From contig CAWDYC010000004.1 in NCBI GenBank assembly GCA_963806535.1, positions 288,001 to 352,000 on the forward strand: DNA of 64,000 nt, read 5' to 3'. The stretch is from Candidatus Bathyarchaeota archaeon. GTDB taxonomy: Archaea; Thermoproteota; Bathyarchaeia; Bathyarchaeales; Bathycorpusculaceae. A program made the translations under genes and the position numbers. Below the pieces are notes generated by a model. That model saw only the letters and a list, made by a program, of their open reading frames with translations. It searched no databases and had not been told where the DNA came from. Of this stretch, positions 1 to 9,370 are shown in pieces (position 1 is the first letter of the stretch; each line of letters starts with the position of its first letter).

Positions 1-959
1 GGGACTTCTTGTCCTTGATTCCTGAGTCGCTTCATCAAGTGACCATTTTGTTCTCGGATAGAGGAACTCCGGCGTCCTATCGCAACATGAACGGTTATGG
101 AAGCCACACATTCAAATGGTATAATGACGATGGCGAAATCTTCTGGGTTAAATACCACTTCAAAACCGACCAAGGCATCAAAAACTTAAATCGAGAAGAA
201 GCCGAGCACATGAAAGGAACAGATCCTGACCATGCAACGCGCGACCTCCATAACGCCATTAAAAGGGGCGAATACCCTTCATGGACATTGCAAATGCAAA
301 TAATGCCCGTCAAAGACGCGGAAACTTACCGTTTCGACGTGTTTGACGTGACAAAAGTTTGGCCTCATGGCGATTACCCACCGATTGATGTAGGCAAGAT
401 GGTGCTGAACCGCAATCCCTCAAACTATTTCGCTGAAGTAGAACAGGCAGCATTTAGCCCAGCTAACTTTGTGCCAGGCATCGGCGCTTCGCCTGACAAG
501 ATGCTTCAAGGACGTCTCTTTGCTTATCACGATGCACATAGGTATCGTTTGGGAGCAAACTATCTGTTATTGCCCGTTAACCAGCCTAAAGCGGTTAAAG
601 CAAAAAACTATCAGCGGGACGGTTACATGCGTTTTGATGGAAACGAAGCAGACGCACCAAATTATTACCCTAACAGCTTTGGAGGTCCAGAACCAGATAT
701 TGAAGCTTCGGAGCCAGCCTTTGATGTTGCAGGAAAAGCCATCCGGCAACGGTACATGCATCCAAACGATGACTTTGTACAGCCGGGAAATCTATATCGT
801 CTCATGAACGAGGTAGACCGCAATCATCTGATTGGAAACATAGTGTCTCACCTTGGAAACGCGAACAAAGAAATTCAACTTCGAGAGCTAGAGATTTTCA
901 GCAAAGCTGAACCAGAATATGGACAACGCGTAGCAGAAGGCTTAGGTATAAAACTGTAA
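1..959 (+). CDS. katA: Monofunctional heme catalase, 5'-truncated at window edge
   Basis: Motifs [17 protein letters not shown] and heme-ligand signature RLFAYHDAH. Confidence 0.95.
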   Translation, partial: DFLSLIPESLHQVTILFSDRGTPASYRNMNGYGSHTFKWYNDDGEIFWVKYHFKTDQGIKNLNREEAEHMKGTDPDHATRDLHNAIKRGEYPSWTLQMQIMPVKDAETYRFDVFDVTKVWPHGDYPPIDVGKMVLNRNPSNYFAEVEQAAFSPANFVPGIGASPDKMLQGRLFAYHDAHRYRLGANYLLLPVNQPKAVKAKNYQRDGYMRFDGNEADAPNYYPNSFGGPEPDIEASEPAFDVAGKAIRQRYMHPNDDFVQPGNLYRLMNEVDRNHLIGNIVSHLGNANKEIQLRELEIFSKAEPEYGQRVAEGLGIKL

Positions 960-1003
960 AATCCTACTTAACCTAAAAACTTAACCTAAAAACTAAGTTC
1001 TTA

Positions 1004-1684
1004 CTAACTCTTTTTTAAGAGTAATTTTTGGACCTCTTCATCCGTTAAGTCGTACCAGTTTTCATAAGCGTCCGCAACTGCGAATGACCCACTTCGAATG
1101 TTAAGACAAACAATTTCGTCTACCTCAGACCTTAACAAGTCAATAGCACCCAAAGAAGCAGTCGGAATGGCTACAACTACTTTCTTAGGTAGACTCTTCC
1201 TCAAAGACCTAACTGCAGCCAGCATAGTGAACCCAGATGCTAGCCCGTCATCCAACAGAATAATTACCCGGTCCCTTAGTTCCGGCAATGGTTTGTTTCC
1301 TCTGAACTTTCTGAGTCTCTCCATAATATTTCTCTTAGTTTCAGAGATCGATTCTTCAATATCTTCGTTTGTCAGGCCAAGCTGTTCAACAAGAAGTTCA
1401 TTTAGGACAGTTACTCCATCCCACGTTACAGCTCCAAATCCCGCTTCTGTATTCCATGGAATTTGAGCTTTCCTAACAATCACCACATCCATTGGGAGAT
1501 CAAGTTCTTTCGCAACCACATTGCCGACTGGGACTCCTCCCGCAGGAATAACCAATACAATAACATTCTCTTGATGAGAGTATTCCTGAAGTTTTTCTGC
1601 AAGAAGCTTGCCTGCATCGAACCTGTCTCTAAAAACTTTAACTTGTTCCCTTAAAGCGGGCTCATCAATAATCTTCGCTGTCAT
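1004..1684 (-). CDS. Phosphoribosyltransferase family protein
   Basis: FRDRFDAG start and PRPP-binding motif ILLDDGLASGFT. Confidence 0.9.
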   Translation of the reverse strand: MTAKIIDEPALREQVKVFRDRFDAGKLLAEKLQEYSHQENVIVLVIPAGGVPVGNVVAKELDLPMDVVIVRKAQIPWNTEAGFGAVTWDGVTVLNELLVEQLGLTNEDIEESISETKRNIMERLRKFRGNKPLPELRDRVIILLDDGLASGFTMLAAVRSLRKSLPKKVVVAIPTASLGAIDLLRSEVDEIVCLNIRSGSFAVADAYENWYDLTDEEVQKLLLKKS

Positions 1685-1742
1685 GAAACAACACTAATTT
1701 GCAAATTCCATGAGGAGACCATTTACAGTGATTGATTCGCTA

Positions 1743-2333
1743 CTACACTTTCACTGATTGATAACTTAGCCCGACAGCGCCTGAGTTATACGTCTTCGTA
1801 TTCACAAGTTTTAGGTTTCGCCTAACATTTACATCTCTTAACAAGGGCTTCCCATTACCCAAAATTACTGGGTGCACAATAATATTGTATTCATCAATCA
1901 AACCCAGCTTTGTAAACGTCTGCGCCAAAGTGGCTCCACCGACTAAATACATGTTTTTGCCCGATTGCTCCTTCAATTTCATAACTTCTTCAACAATGTT
2001 ATCTTTGATTAATCGGGTATTTTTCCAAGTTACCTTGTCAAGTGAATTTGAAAACACGATTTTCTGTGTGTCTTCAGCGTAACGCGAGAATTTCCTGTCG
2101 TTTTCTGTGCTTTTAGGATTACTTGCGGCGGCAGGCCAGTATGTTTCCCATATTTGGTAGGTCACTCGTCCAAGCAGCATTGCGTCTGCGTTGTCTATCT
2201 GGTTCCACATTTCTTGGTGAAGATCCTTCCAAGCTTCTTCATTGTCGAAGGGTGGAAGCCAATCCATTTCACCATTGGGTCCAGTTGAGAAACCGTCAAG
2301 AGTCATTTGCATGGCTAAAATTATTTTCCTCAT
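1743..2333 (-). CDS. Dihydrofolate reductase / RibD C-terminal family protein
   Basis: MTLDGF, LLGRVTY, GGATLA, PVILGNG motifs. Confidence 0.9.
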   Translation of the reverse strand: MRKIILAMQMTLDGFSTGPNGEMDWLPPFDNEEAWKDLHQEMWNQIDNADAMLLGRVTYQIWETYWPAAASNPKSTENDRKFSRYAEDTQKIVFSNSLDKVTWKNTRLIKDNIVEEVMKLKEQSGKNMYLVGGATLAQTFTKLGLIDEYNIIVHPVILGNGKPLLRDVNVRRNLKLVNTKTYNSGAVGLSYQSVKV

Positions 2334-2448
2334 AATCTTTCGCCTTACTAAGGCTTGGAAGCTTGGTTTTGGATATAAGAATTTGTGATTGCAGACTAAC
2401 AGTCATAACAGATAATTGGCGGTCTTTTTCACAAATCAGATTTGGTTA

Positions 2449-2508
2449 TGGTGATGAGGGTAGGATTCGAACCTGCGAACCCCCGAGGGAAAGGATATTT
2501 CATTCAGG
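2449..2508 (-). repeat. Degenerate copy of tRNA-Leu 3' half (att-like remnant 1)
   Basis: tggtgatgagggtaggattcgaacctgcgaacccccgagggaaaggat matches the tRNA at 3412 with a few substitutions. Confidence 0.85.
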
Positions 2509-2520
2509 TGCTAAAGTCAA

Positions 2521-2787
2521 CTATAATCGAAATTCTTTTTCACCAATTTCGAGTTGCTTTTCCAACGTTTCTTTGTAACGGTCTACTTGGTCTTCTTTAA
2601 GGTCATCTTGGCTTACATTTAAAGCCCTCAATAGTTCTTTGTCGCTTAGGTTTACCAGGGTTTCAGCAAGTTTATCGACGAGTTTACGAATTTCTAAGAG
2701 CTCCAAAGCTATGATTTTGAGGTCTCTCTTATCCTCCTCTGTCAAGACTGTTCTAGCCAACCAAGTCACCGAATAAAGGTTACCCAT
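2521..2787 (-). CDS. Small orphan antitoxin-like protein (true start probably TTG near 2745)
   Basis: ETLVNLSDKELLRAL resembles ASLEELSDKEGLERI of the 3132-3371 protein. Confidence 0.55.
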   Translation of the reverse strand: MGNLYSVTWLARTVLTEEDKRDLKIIALELLEIRKLVDKLAETLVNLSDKELLRALNVSQDDLKEDQVDRYKETLEKQLEIGEKEFRL

Positions 2788-2839
2788 TTAAGGGTGCTAA
2801 GATGTATTAAAAATTTCACTTCACAAGGACTAATGTAGT

Positions 2840-2870
2840 TGGTGGTGAGGGCAGGATTTGAACCTGCGAA
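2840..2870 (-). repeat. Degenerate copy of tRNA-Leu 3' end (att-like remnant 2)
   Basis: tggtggtgagggcaggatttgaacctgcgaa has 2 mismatches to 3412-3442. Confidence 0.85.
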
Positions 2871-2873
2871 ACT

Positions 2874-3126
2874 TTATTCGTAGATTGATTTCGTAAGCCA
2901 ACATCCACGAACACTAAATTGCCTTCTTTTTCATCTAAAGAATAGATTACACGGTACTTACCAATGCGCCATCTCCATAAACCTATCAACTCCCCCTGTA
3001 ATCGTGTTCCAGCATAAGGGTCACCAGCAGCTTTTTCAAGTCCTTTCAGAACTTGTTCTTTCCCAGTTTTCGGAAGCTTTTCAAACTGCTATTGAAATTG
3101 TGTAAGAAAATGAGCTTATAGGGCAA
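2874..3126 (-). pseudogene. RelE/ParE-family toxin, frameshifted (pseudogene or read error)
   Basis: Manual translation gives QFEKLPKTGKEQVLKGLE...DPYAGTRLQGELIGLWRWRIGKYRVIYSLDEKEGNLVFVDVGLR, with indels near both ends. Confidence 0.8.
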
Positions 3127-3131
3127 ATTTT

Positions 3132-3371
3132 TTAGTCCTTCAAAAGAGCTTCTCTTATTTCCTCAGGAATAGAAACGGTAATGTATTCTTTTTTCTTATA
3201 TTCTTCAAGCCTTTTCTCTATTCTTTCTAACCCCTCTTTGTCAGAAAGCTCTTCAAGGGAAGCTAGAATTTCTTCTATCCTGTCAAAATGTTCATAGAGT
3301 TCTTTAAGCAAAGGCAACGGAACTGGAACAGTTTGTGTCATCCAAAGGCTCTCGCACAATAAATTATGCAC
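3132..3371 (-). CDS. Putative antitoxin upstream of the RelE toxin (start probably ATG 3342)
   Basis: Small acidic helical protein directly upstream of the toxin in the same orientation. Confidence 0.65.
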   Translation of the reverse strand: MHNLLCESLWMTQTVPVPLPLLKELYEHFDRIEEILASLEELSDKEGLERIEKRLEEYKKKEYITVSIPEEIREALLKD

Positions 3372-3411
3372 TCAAGTAATTAATGTTGTTTCCGAAGCTT
3401 GAGAAAGTTTA

Positions 3412-3561
3412 TGGTGCTGAGGGCAGGATTCGAACCTGCGAACCCCTGCGGGAAAGGATTTCCCATCAGGCCTTTGCCGGCCAAATGTTAGATCTTGAGT
3501 CCTTAGTGGAACACGCTCGCAGCATATTCTTTCACCTTTGACCTGGCTTGGTTACCTCAGC
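3412..3561 (-). tRNA. tRNA-Leu(CAA) with two introns (~3503-3530 in the 5' anticodon stem; 3460-3493 at canonical 37/38) and encoded CCA
   Basis: Removing both inserts gives GCUGAGG..AAGGA-CUCAAGA-UCCUU, long variable arm, GCAGG-UUCGAAU-CCUGC, CCUCAGC-A-CCA. Confidence 0.9.
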
Positions 3562-3630
3562 ACACATTTTCTGGGCTACAGACTTTCCGTTTTCTTTCTT
3601 ATTAATCATTTGCCCTTCGCTATAGCGGGT

Positions 3631-5418
3631 TTACACGACTTTCTCTAGGTCAGCGATTAAGCGTTCAAACACTTTTAAGCCGCCCGTCCAGACGCTCTGA
3701 TCTGACACGTCCAAGCCGACGATTTTGCCGATTCCCAGCGGCGATACGCTACTGCCTGATGACAAAGCTTTCACCAACTTAGGCACAAATGCCTTGCCTT
3801 CCTTTAGGTACTGCTCATAAAGTGTGTAGACAAACATTTGAGCGTAGACATAAGGGTAGTTGTAGAAGCGGTAGTTTGCCATATAATAGTGTGGTTTCAT
3901 GGTCCATTCAGCTTCCATTTCGGGGAACCATGTTACAGAGTCGCCGTAGATGCGGTCGCGGGCTTTGGTCCAGTGGCTGCAGATTGTCTTGTAATCTAAG
4001 TATTCGCCTTGTTGTATGGATTTGTAAAGTGCCTGTTCGAACCAGACTCGGGCTGTAACTTGGAACGTCGTCATGCCCGCCTCATCGAGAACTTGGCATA
4101 GGATTGCTTTTTGTTCCTTGTCTGATTTTGTTTCACTTAGAAGTAAGTCGGCTAGGAGTAGTTCGCCGAAGATTGATGCTGTCTCCGCAACGGTAGATGG
4201 AACGCTCGTGTTCATCAGAGTTTGATTTCGAGACATGTAATAATCATGAGTTGCATGTCCCAATTCATGTGCTAATGTGAAAACATCACTTAAGGTTCCA
4301 TTGAAGTTGTCAAGGACAAAAGCCGATTTGCCCAGATACCAACTTGCACAGAAGGCGCCGTTACGTTTCCCAAATCGAGGGTTCGCGTCAATACGGTGTT
4401 TAACAAACATTTCTTTGACGGCAGTTGAGTATTCTGGGTCAAAGCGGCTGTACGCTTTTGTGACCCGGCTTTGCGCTTCCTCAAACGTGAACTTTCGCTC
4501 GGGTGAATCAGGCAGGGGTGCAACGATGTCATGGTTACCAAGCAGCGGCAAACCCATCAGTTTGGCTTTTAGTTTGAGATAGCGTCGATATATATCCGCA
4601 CCATCCTCTACTGCGTGGAGTAAATTCTCAACAATCGCCTCCTCAGTGTCATTATTCATGAGGCTTGGATCCATAGGTGAGGCATATTTTCTGCGTTGGG
4701 AAACGGTGACCCAGTCGTTGCAGATACTGCGGAGGGCTGAGGAGAATATTTCGCCATCTTTGCTAAGTAACCCATAAATTGAACGGTTCGCCGATTCCCT
4801 CGTTGAACGGTCAGGATGAGACAATAACCCGGTAGCTTCGCCGTAACTAAGCGTCTTTTTTTCTCCTAAAACCATAACGTCGAACATGCGGGTGTTGAGC
4901 CATTTGCTTTGTAGCTCCTCCCATGCTTGAATGCCGAATTGGTCTTTTTCGATGATAAGTTGTTCTTCTATCTCCGTCAACTGGTGAGGTACTCGCCGCT
5001 GCACCCGCTCTAACATGTGCCGATAACCCGTTAAAACAGGCTCTGCAATCAACTCGGGCTTAGCCTTAACGAGCGCTCCCAACTCCAAAGAAAAGAACGC
5101 TAACTGCTTCCCAATCTCCGCCTCAAGCTTGCTTACCCTGTCGTAGAGTGCCTGCACCTCGGGTAGCGTCATATTGGCTGAAAAGGAAAGGCTTGCAAAA
5201 AGCGAAAAATCACCGATTTTGATGTAAAAATCTTCAAGTTCTTGAAGACAACTAAGCAAACTGGGCGGGTCAAAAGACGTTATTTTTCCGCGGTATTTCT
5301 TCGCGAATATGTCGGCTAACGCTTTTGTTTCATTTATTTTTTTATCAATCGATGAATTGTTGTTTTCAGGAAAAAGCTCTGTTAGGTCCCATGTGATTTC
5401 TTGTTCTTTGTCGGTCAT
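3631..5418 (-). CDS. pepF: Oligoendopeptidase F (M3B family)
   Basis: HELGHATH zinc motif, GKRNGAFC, AETASIFGE, FYNYPY; start moved to ATG 5418. Confidence 0.93.
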   Translation of the reverse strand: MTDKEQEITWDLTELFPENNNSSIDKKINETKALADIFAKKYRGKITSFDPPSLLSCLQELEDFYIKIGDFSLFASLSFSANMTLPEVQALYDRVSKLEAEIGKQLAFFSLELGALVKAKPELIAEPVLTGYRHMLERVQRRVPHQLTEIEEQLIIEKDQFGIQAWEELQSKWLNTRMFDVMVLGEKKTLSYGEATGLLSHPDRSTRESANRSIYGLLSKDGEIFSSALRSICNDWVTVSQRRKYASPMDPSLMNNDTEEAIVENLLHAVEDGADIYRRYLKLKAKLMGLPLLGNHDIVAPLPDSPERKFTFEEAQSRVTKAYSRFDPEYSTAVKEMFVKHRIDANPRFGKRNGAFCASWYLGKSAFVLDNFNGTLSDVFTLAHELGHATHDYYMSRNQTLMNTSVPSTVAETASIFGELLLADLLLSETKSDKEQKAILCQVLDEAGMTTFQVTARVWFEQALYKSIQQGEYLDYKTICSHWTKARDRIYGDSVTWFPEMEAEWTMKPHYYMANYRFYNYPYVYAQMFVYTLYEQYLKEGKAFVPKLVKALSSGSSVSPLGIGKIVGLDVSDQSVWTGGLKVFERLIADLEKVV

Positions 5419-5675
5419 GGTTTTTCGCCTTAAGTTTAAACTCGCTGGGCTATTTTGGGTTTGCCTATTAAATATAAAATAAATGATTACTTTTTTTGGT
5501 TTATAACGAACTTGCGGCACTCCCACTTTTACAATTTCTTTGCTTGGTTATCGAAGCAAAACGTGGGTTAAAATAAAACAATCAACTTCTGTCATTTAGC
5601 ATTTTTTACATTAAAAAATTCTGCATTATCGCGTTTGGTAATTTTGGCGAATGGTTTTCAATTTAGTATTTAAGC

Positions 5676-6584
5676 TTAGAGAAGGCGTGCTTCTGTATTG
5701 TTTTTTGAAAAATTAGTTCCGTCTGAGGGATGATAATTTACTTCAACAATAAACGGAAGTAATGGGAAACCTGAAGAAAACAACTTGTATTTCAATTTAT
5801 ACAATCCTTCTGTAAGAATTATAGCCTCTCTTTGGGAATCTAAAGCGCTGTGCAAAAATACTCCTGATGGGCTAGCTCTCACGGAAAAAATATCGATTAC
5901 TCCAAAATCTTGAGGTAGAATTGTTATCATATAACTTTGTGTATGTTGTGCCCATTTTAGATAGCTTCTATCTTTACTCTTTAATTCAATACCGTTCGGT
6001 CCAGTAATTGAGTCTAAAATGCAAACAGCATTAACTGCAGCTATGTCGGGTCTCTTATTAACAACTTTTGCATGCCAAATGAATTCTGTGAATGCCCCTG
6101 TTTGATCGGTATAAGTAACAACAGGTGAGTACTTTTTGACTTCTGCGATAACTAAATTCCTTGAGTAGTCCTTATTCCAACCTTTGTCTCTAACTAACTG
6201 CTCGATTTTTTGTAAAAGCTCTTCTTCAGTTTCGAAGTGCTCTGGATTACTAAGAACGTATCTCAGGAACCCTTCCAGAGGCATTCCCTCCTCTTGTAAT
6301 GCTATTATGTCTCTAAAACCTACATGGTGAGCTAACGCCAGTTCTTGATGTGTAAATAATGAACAAGCAAGATCCTGCTTTCCGGCTCTTTTGAAATCTA
6401 TAAAGAGATAATAATCAGAGGCTTTTAATTCCTCAGTTATTTTCATGATGTCATCCAATCCTTGAACCTTAAAAGCAAGATAAGACTCTAAAGCAAACTT
6501 TTCTTTCAGTAAACCTTTTACTTTTTCTGCTATTTCTCTCTCGCCTTCTCGTTGGCCGCAACTTATAAAAACTTTACCAACCAA
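5676..6584 (-). CDS. Hypothetical protein with N-terminal TIR/DUF4062-like (nucleoside deoxyribosyltransferase-fold) domain
   Basis: KVFISCGQ, SDYYLFID, SLFTHQELALA pattern; C-terminal half unrecognised and beta-rich. Confidence 0.55.
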   Translation of the reverse strand: MVGKVFISCGQREGEREIAEKVKGLLKEKFALESYLAFKVQGLDDIMKITEELKASDYYLFIDFKRAGKQDLACSLFTHQELALAHHVGFRDIIALQEEGMPLEGFLRYVLSNPEHFETEEELLQKIEQLVRDKGWNKDYSRNLVIAEVKKYSPVVTYTDQTGAFTEFIWHAKVVNKRPDIAAVNAVCILDSITGPNGIELKSKDRSYLKWAQHTQSYMITILPQDFGVIDIFSVRASPSGVFLHSALDSQREAIILTEGLYKLKYKLFSSGFPLLPFIVEVNYHPSDGTNFSKNNTEARLL

Positions 6585-6799
6585 GCTTTTCTACCGATAA
6601 CGTATTGTTTGGGTTGGTTTTTAAATTTTAGGATTAGTTGTTACTCCAAAAAGGTAAGTGTTGCTGAACTGCACTTTTATTGCTAACTTTTTACTGTAAT
6701 CTAGACATCTTCTAAGCAAAATCCATAGTCCAATGCTGTAAATCTAGACATTTTTGCCTAGAACAAGGCTTAAAAGTTAACATTTACATATACAATGTT

Positions 6800-7690
6800 A
6801 TGCTTCAAGAACCGACGGTGGAAAACATAAATTCTTCCTTGTTTCAGGATACAATACATCGCATATACTTCAAAAATTCTCAGAAAATGAAAGAAGTCTG
6901 CGATGGGGCCGTCCACCTTGTTGTTACGTCCCCGCCCTATTGGAACATTAAAGACTATGGAAATCCCAACCAAATAGGCTTTCACGATACATTGCCCACT
7001 TACATTAAGAGACTTCGCAAGGTGTGGTCTGAATGTATAAGAGTTTTGGCACCTGGCTGCCGAATGTGTATTAACATAGGCGATGTATACCTGAGAGCAG
7101 ATGAGCAAACACCTTACCAAATTGTTCCGCTTCATGCATATGTTGTGAATAGTATAATGAATAAGCATGTTAACGACGTTGTTTATCTTGGAAGCATTAT
7201 GTGGAAAAAGATTCCGACTACCCATACAAGTGGTGGGGCAAATGTCATGGGGTCATACGGCTATCCAAGAAACGGCTATGTTAGCTATAACTATGAATAT
7301 ATAGCAATTTTCAAGAAGAAAGGCAAAGCGCCGAAACCTGAGAGGTCGATTAAAGAAAAGGCGAAAATCGAAAATGAAGAGTGGCGATTATTATTCAACG
7401 GTATTTGGGAATTTGTGGGAGCTAAACAGGACGAGCATATTGCTATGTTTCCAGATGAATTACCAAAGCGATTAATGCGGATGTTCACTTTCCAAGGTGA
7501 TACTGTGCTTGATCCATTTTTGGGCAGCGGAACAACAACAAAGGTAGCTTGGGAGCTTGGAAGAAATAGTATAGGCTATGAGATTGGTTTCGGCTCAACT
7601 CCTGAGACTAAAAGAATTGTTAAGGCAAAGGTTCACTTTGAGGACACGCCCTTTGACATTCGGCATAAAGTTTTTCCAACCTTGACTTAG
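6800..7690 (+). CDS. Site-specific DNA methyltransferase, N4/N6 family, beta-class order
   Basis: VVTSPPY precedes HIAMFP and VLDPFLGSGTT. Confidence 0.92.
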   Translation: MLQEPTVENINSSLFQDTIHRIYFKNSQKMKEVCDGAVHLVVTSPPYWNIKDYGNPNQIGFHDTLPTYIKRLRKVWSECIRVLAPGCRMCINIGDVYLRADEQTPYQIVPLHAYVVNSIMNKHVNDVVYLGSIMWKKIPTTHTSGGANVMGSYGYPRNGYVSYNYEYIAIFKKKGKAPKPERSIKEKAKIENEEWRLLFNGIWEFVGAKQDEHIAMFPDELPKRLMRMFTFQGDTVLDPFLGSGTTTKVAWELGRNSIGYEIGFGSTPETKRIVKAKVHFEDTPFDIRHKVFPTLT

Positions 7691-7814
7691 AATAAAGAAT
7701 CGCTACTCCACAAACTGAGCAAGCTATAACAAGAAGTCAGGGACTAGCCGATTCCCGTTTGTTGCAGACTAATTTTTAACACGATGTTACTGTGGTCGCA
7801 AACTTGTTGGTTGC

Positions 7815-8189
7815 TCACCAAAAGTCATCGATCTTGGTGAATTTTCCGTTTAATTTGCCGTACTTGTTTTCAAAGTTGTTGATAATCTTTGTTTTTCGGT
7901 TTGTGGTCTGGAGAATTTTTTGGTCTAAATAGTCCACATATTCGGCTAACTCTTGAACAGTTTCGATATAGAAATAGCCGTCACCGTAAGCACCGATGGG
8001 CATTCCTTCATCAAGAATGAGTTTAGTTATGAGAGCTCTAGCGGTAGATACAGTGTCGTCATGAGGTATGTTAAGCATTTCAGAAATTTTACCTGCTGAG
8101 ATTGGGTTAGCTTTTCCATGGTGTTCCAATAGGATTTTTTTTATTTCCTCAAGTCTTTGTTGTTGGAGAGACAAGCCATCACTTTCCAT
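7815..8189 (-). CDS. Winged-helix-like protein
   Basis: HHGKANPISAGKISEML...ARALITKLIL...PIGAYGDGYF pattern typical of MGE wHTH proteins. Confidence 0.6.
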   Translation of the reverse strand: MESDGLSLQQQRLEEIKKILLEHHGKANPISAGKISEMLNIPHDDTVSTARALITKLILDEGMPIGAYGDGYFYIETVQELAEYVDYLDQKILQTTNRKTKIINNFENKYGKLNGKFTKIDDFW

Positions 8190-8469
8190 TATTAATAGAA
8201 TGGGTGCCTATTGCTTTATTAGTTTTTTCAAATTTGTTGGCTAGCCCGACTTAATTGAATGCTATATATGGACAAAATCTATAACTTAAAAGCAGACTCT
8301 TAAGTCAAAGATATGCAAGCATGTTTTGGAAGTAGTTGTGCATATTATGAAACAAGAATATTTGGACTACATTTAGGAAATAATTAAGACAATGAACGGC
8401 GCTCGCAAGGAATAATTTATAATGTATCAGGTTGAGTATGTTCAATCACGTTCATGGGCGGCTATTATC

Positions 8470-8673
8470 ATGAAAGAATTGCTGGATAAAATCACCGTTG
8501 ATCCTGAGATTCTTGTTGGAAAACCCGTCATAAAGGGGACAAGGATTCCAGTTTACCTTATAATCGAGTTTTTAGCCAACGGCTTAACAGAAGAAGAAGT
8601 CCTTTACGAATACCCCGAACTTAAGAAAGCAGATGTCAAAGCTGCCCTCCTTTATGCGTCAAAATGCATGTAG
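8470..8673 (+). CDS. DUF433 family antitoxin-like protein
   Basis: ITVDPEILVGKPVIKGTRIPV...EYPEL...DVKAALLYA. Confidence 0.9.
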   Translation: MKELLDKITVDPEILVGKPVIKGTRIPVYLIIEFLANGLTEEEVLYEYPELKKADVKAALLYASKCM

Positions 8674-8729
8674 CTTCTTTAGGAACTTTTAATATTCCTT
8701 CACCAAATAGCAGGTATAGGGTAACCTAA

Positions 8730-9038
8730 TTGGGTAAGCAAAACTCAAACGATGCCCCTTGAACGCATGGGAAAATTTCCCGAAGGCTCGGTTCAACTAA
8801 GCGTGCTAAAGGCAATATTGCTAGAGATCGTTTTGCGTTTGATCAGACTTTGCAGGGGCATGATTGCCAAAAAATTCGTGAGGGCGGAGATTTTGTTGTT
8901 CAGAAACGAGATTTTTTCGGAAACAAAGTTGGTGAGCCCACAATTTATGAAGTGAAGACGGGGGATTCTAAGTTGACTGAGGCACAGGAAAAAAGGCAGC
9001 GTCAACTGAGAAACCGTTACAAAGTCGCTAGATACTGA
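8730..9038 (+). pseudogene. Small PD-(D/E)xK nuclease-like ORF with in-frame TGA near codon 11
   Basis: TTG 8730 is in frame with the 8850 ORF; GGDFVV...IYEVKTGDSKLTEAQ motif. Confidence 0.55.
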
Positions 9039-9067
9039 CACAAATATTGGATTAAATTGTTGTCATG

Positions 9068-9359
9068 TTATGCTGGTTCAAGTGTGACTTCTACTGCGTA
9101 TCCTTCTAAGTTTGGCTTATTGCGTTCATTACGCTTAAGCAAGGCGTAGGTCAAGTTTGGAATGCGTATGCGTCCATTTTTTTGCATCCGAGCAAAGAAA
9201 CTTTCCCTTGCACCCCATAAAACAGTTACAGTATACGGTCACTTTTAAAATCTCAGATGGTTCTAGCTTATACTGCCACCGTACTAGTTTGGGAATCTGT
9301 ATCAGATTGGTTTTGGTTAGCAACTTTGTTTTGAAAAGACTTTTTGAGTTTAAAGGCAT
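9068..9359 (-). CDS. Tandem AbrB/SpoVT-like DNA-binding protein (frameshifted)
   Basis: Two swapped-hairpin-like repeats: KTNLIQIPKLVRWQYKLEPSEILKVTV and MQKNGRIRIPNL...YAVEVTLEPA. Confidence 0.55.
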
Positions 9360-9370
9360 GGTGATTCACT

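Noticed and set aside
966-991. 13-bp tandem duplication ACTTAACCTAAAA x2
   Set aside because: Only two copies in a short gap between convergent genes; likely slippage or terminator sequence.
2449-2508. Functional split (trans-spliced) tRNA 3' half
   Set aside because: Substitutions break acceptor and T-stem pairing and no matching 5' half is visible, so an att-type remnant fits better.
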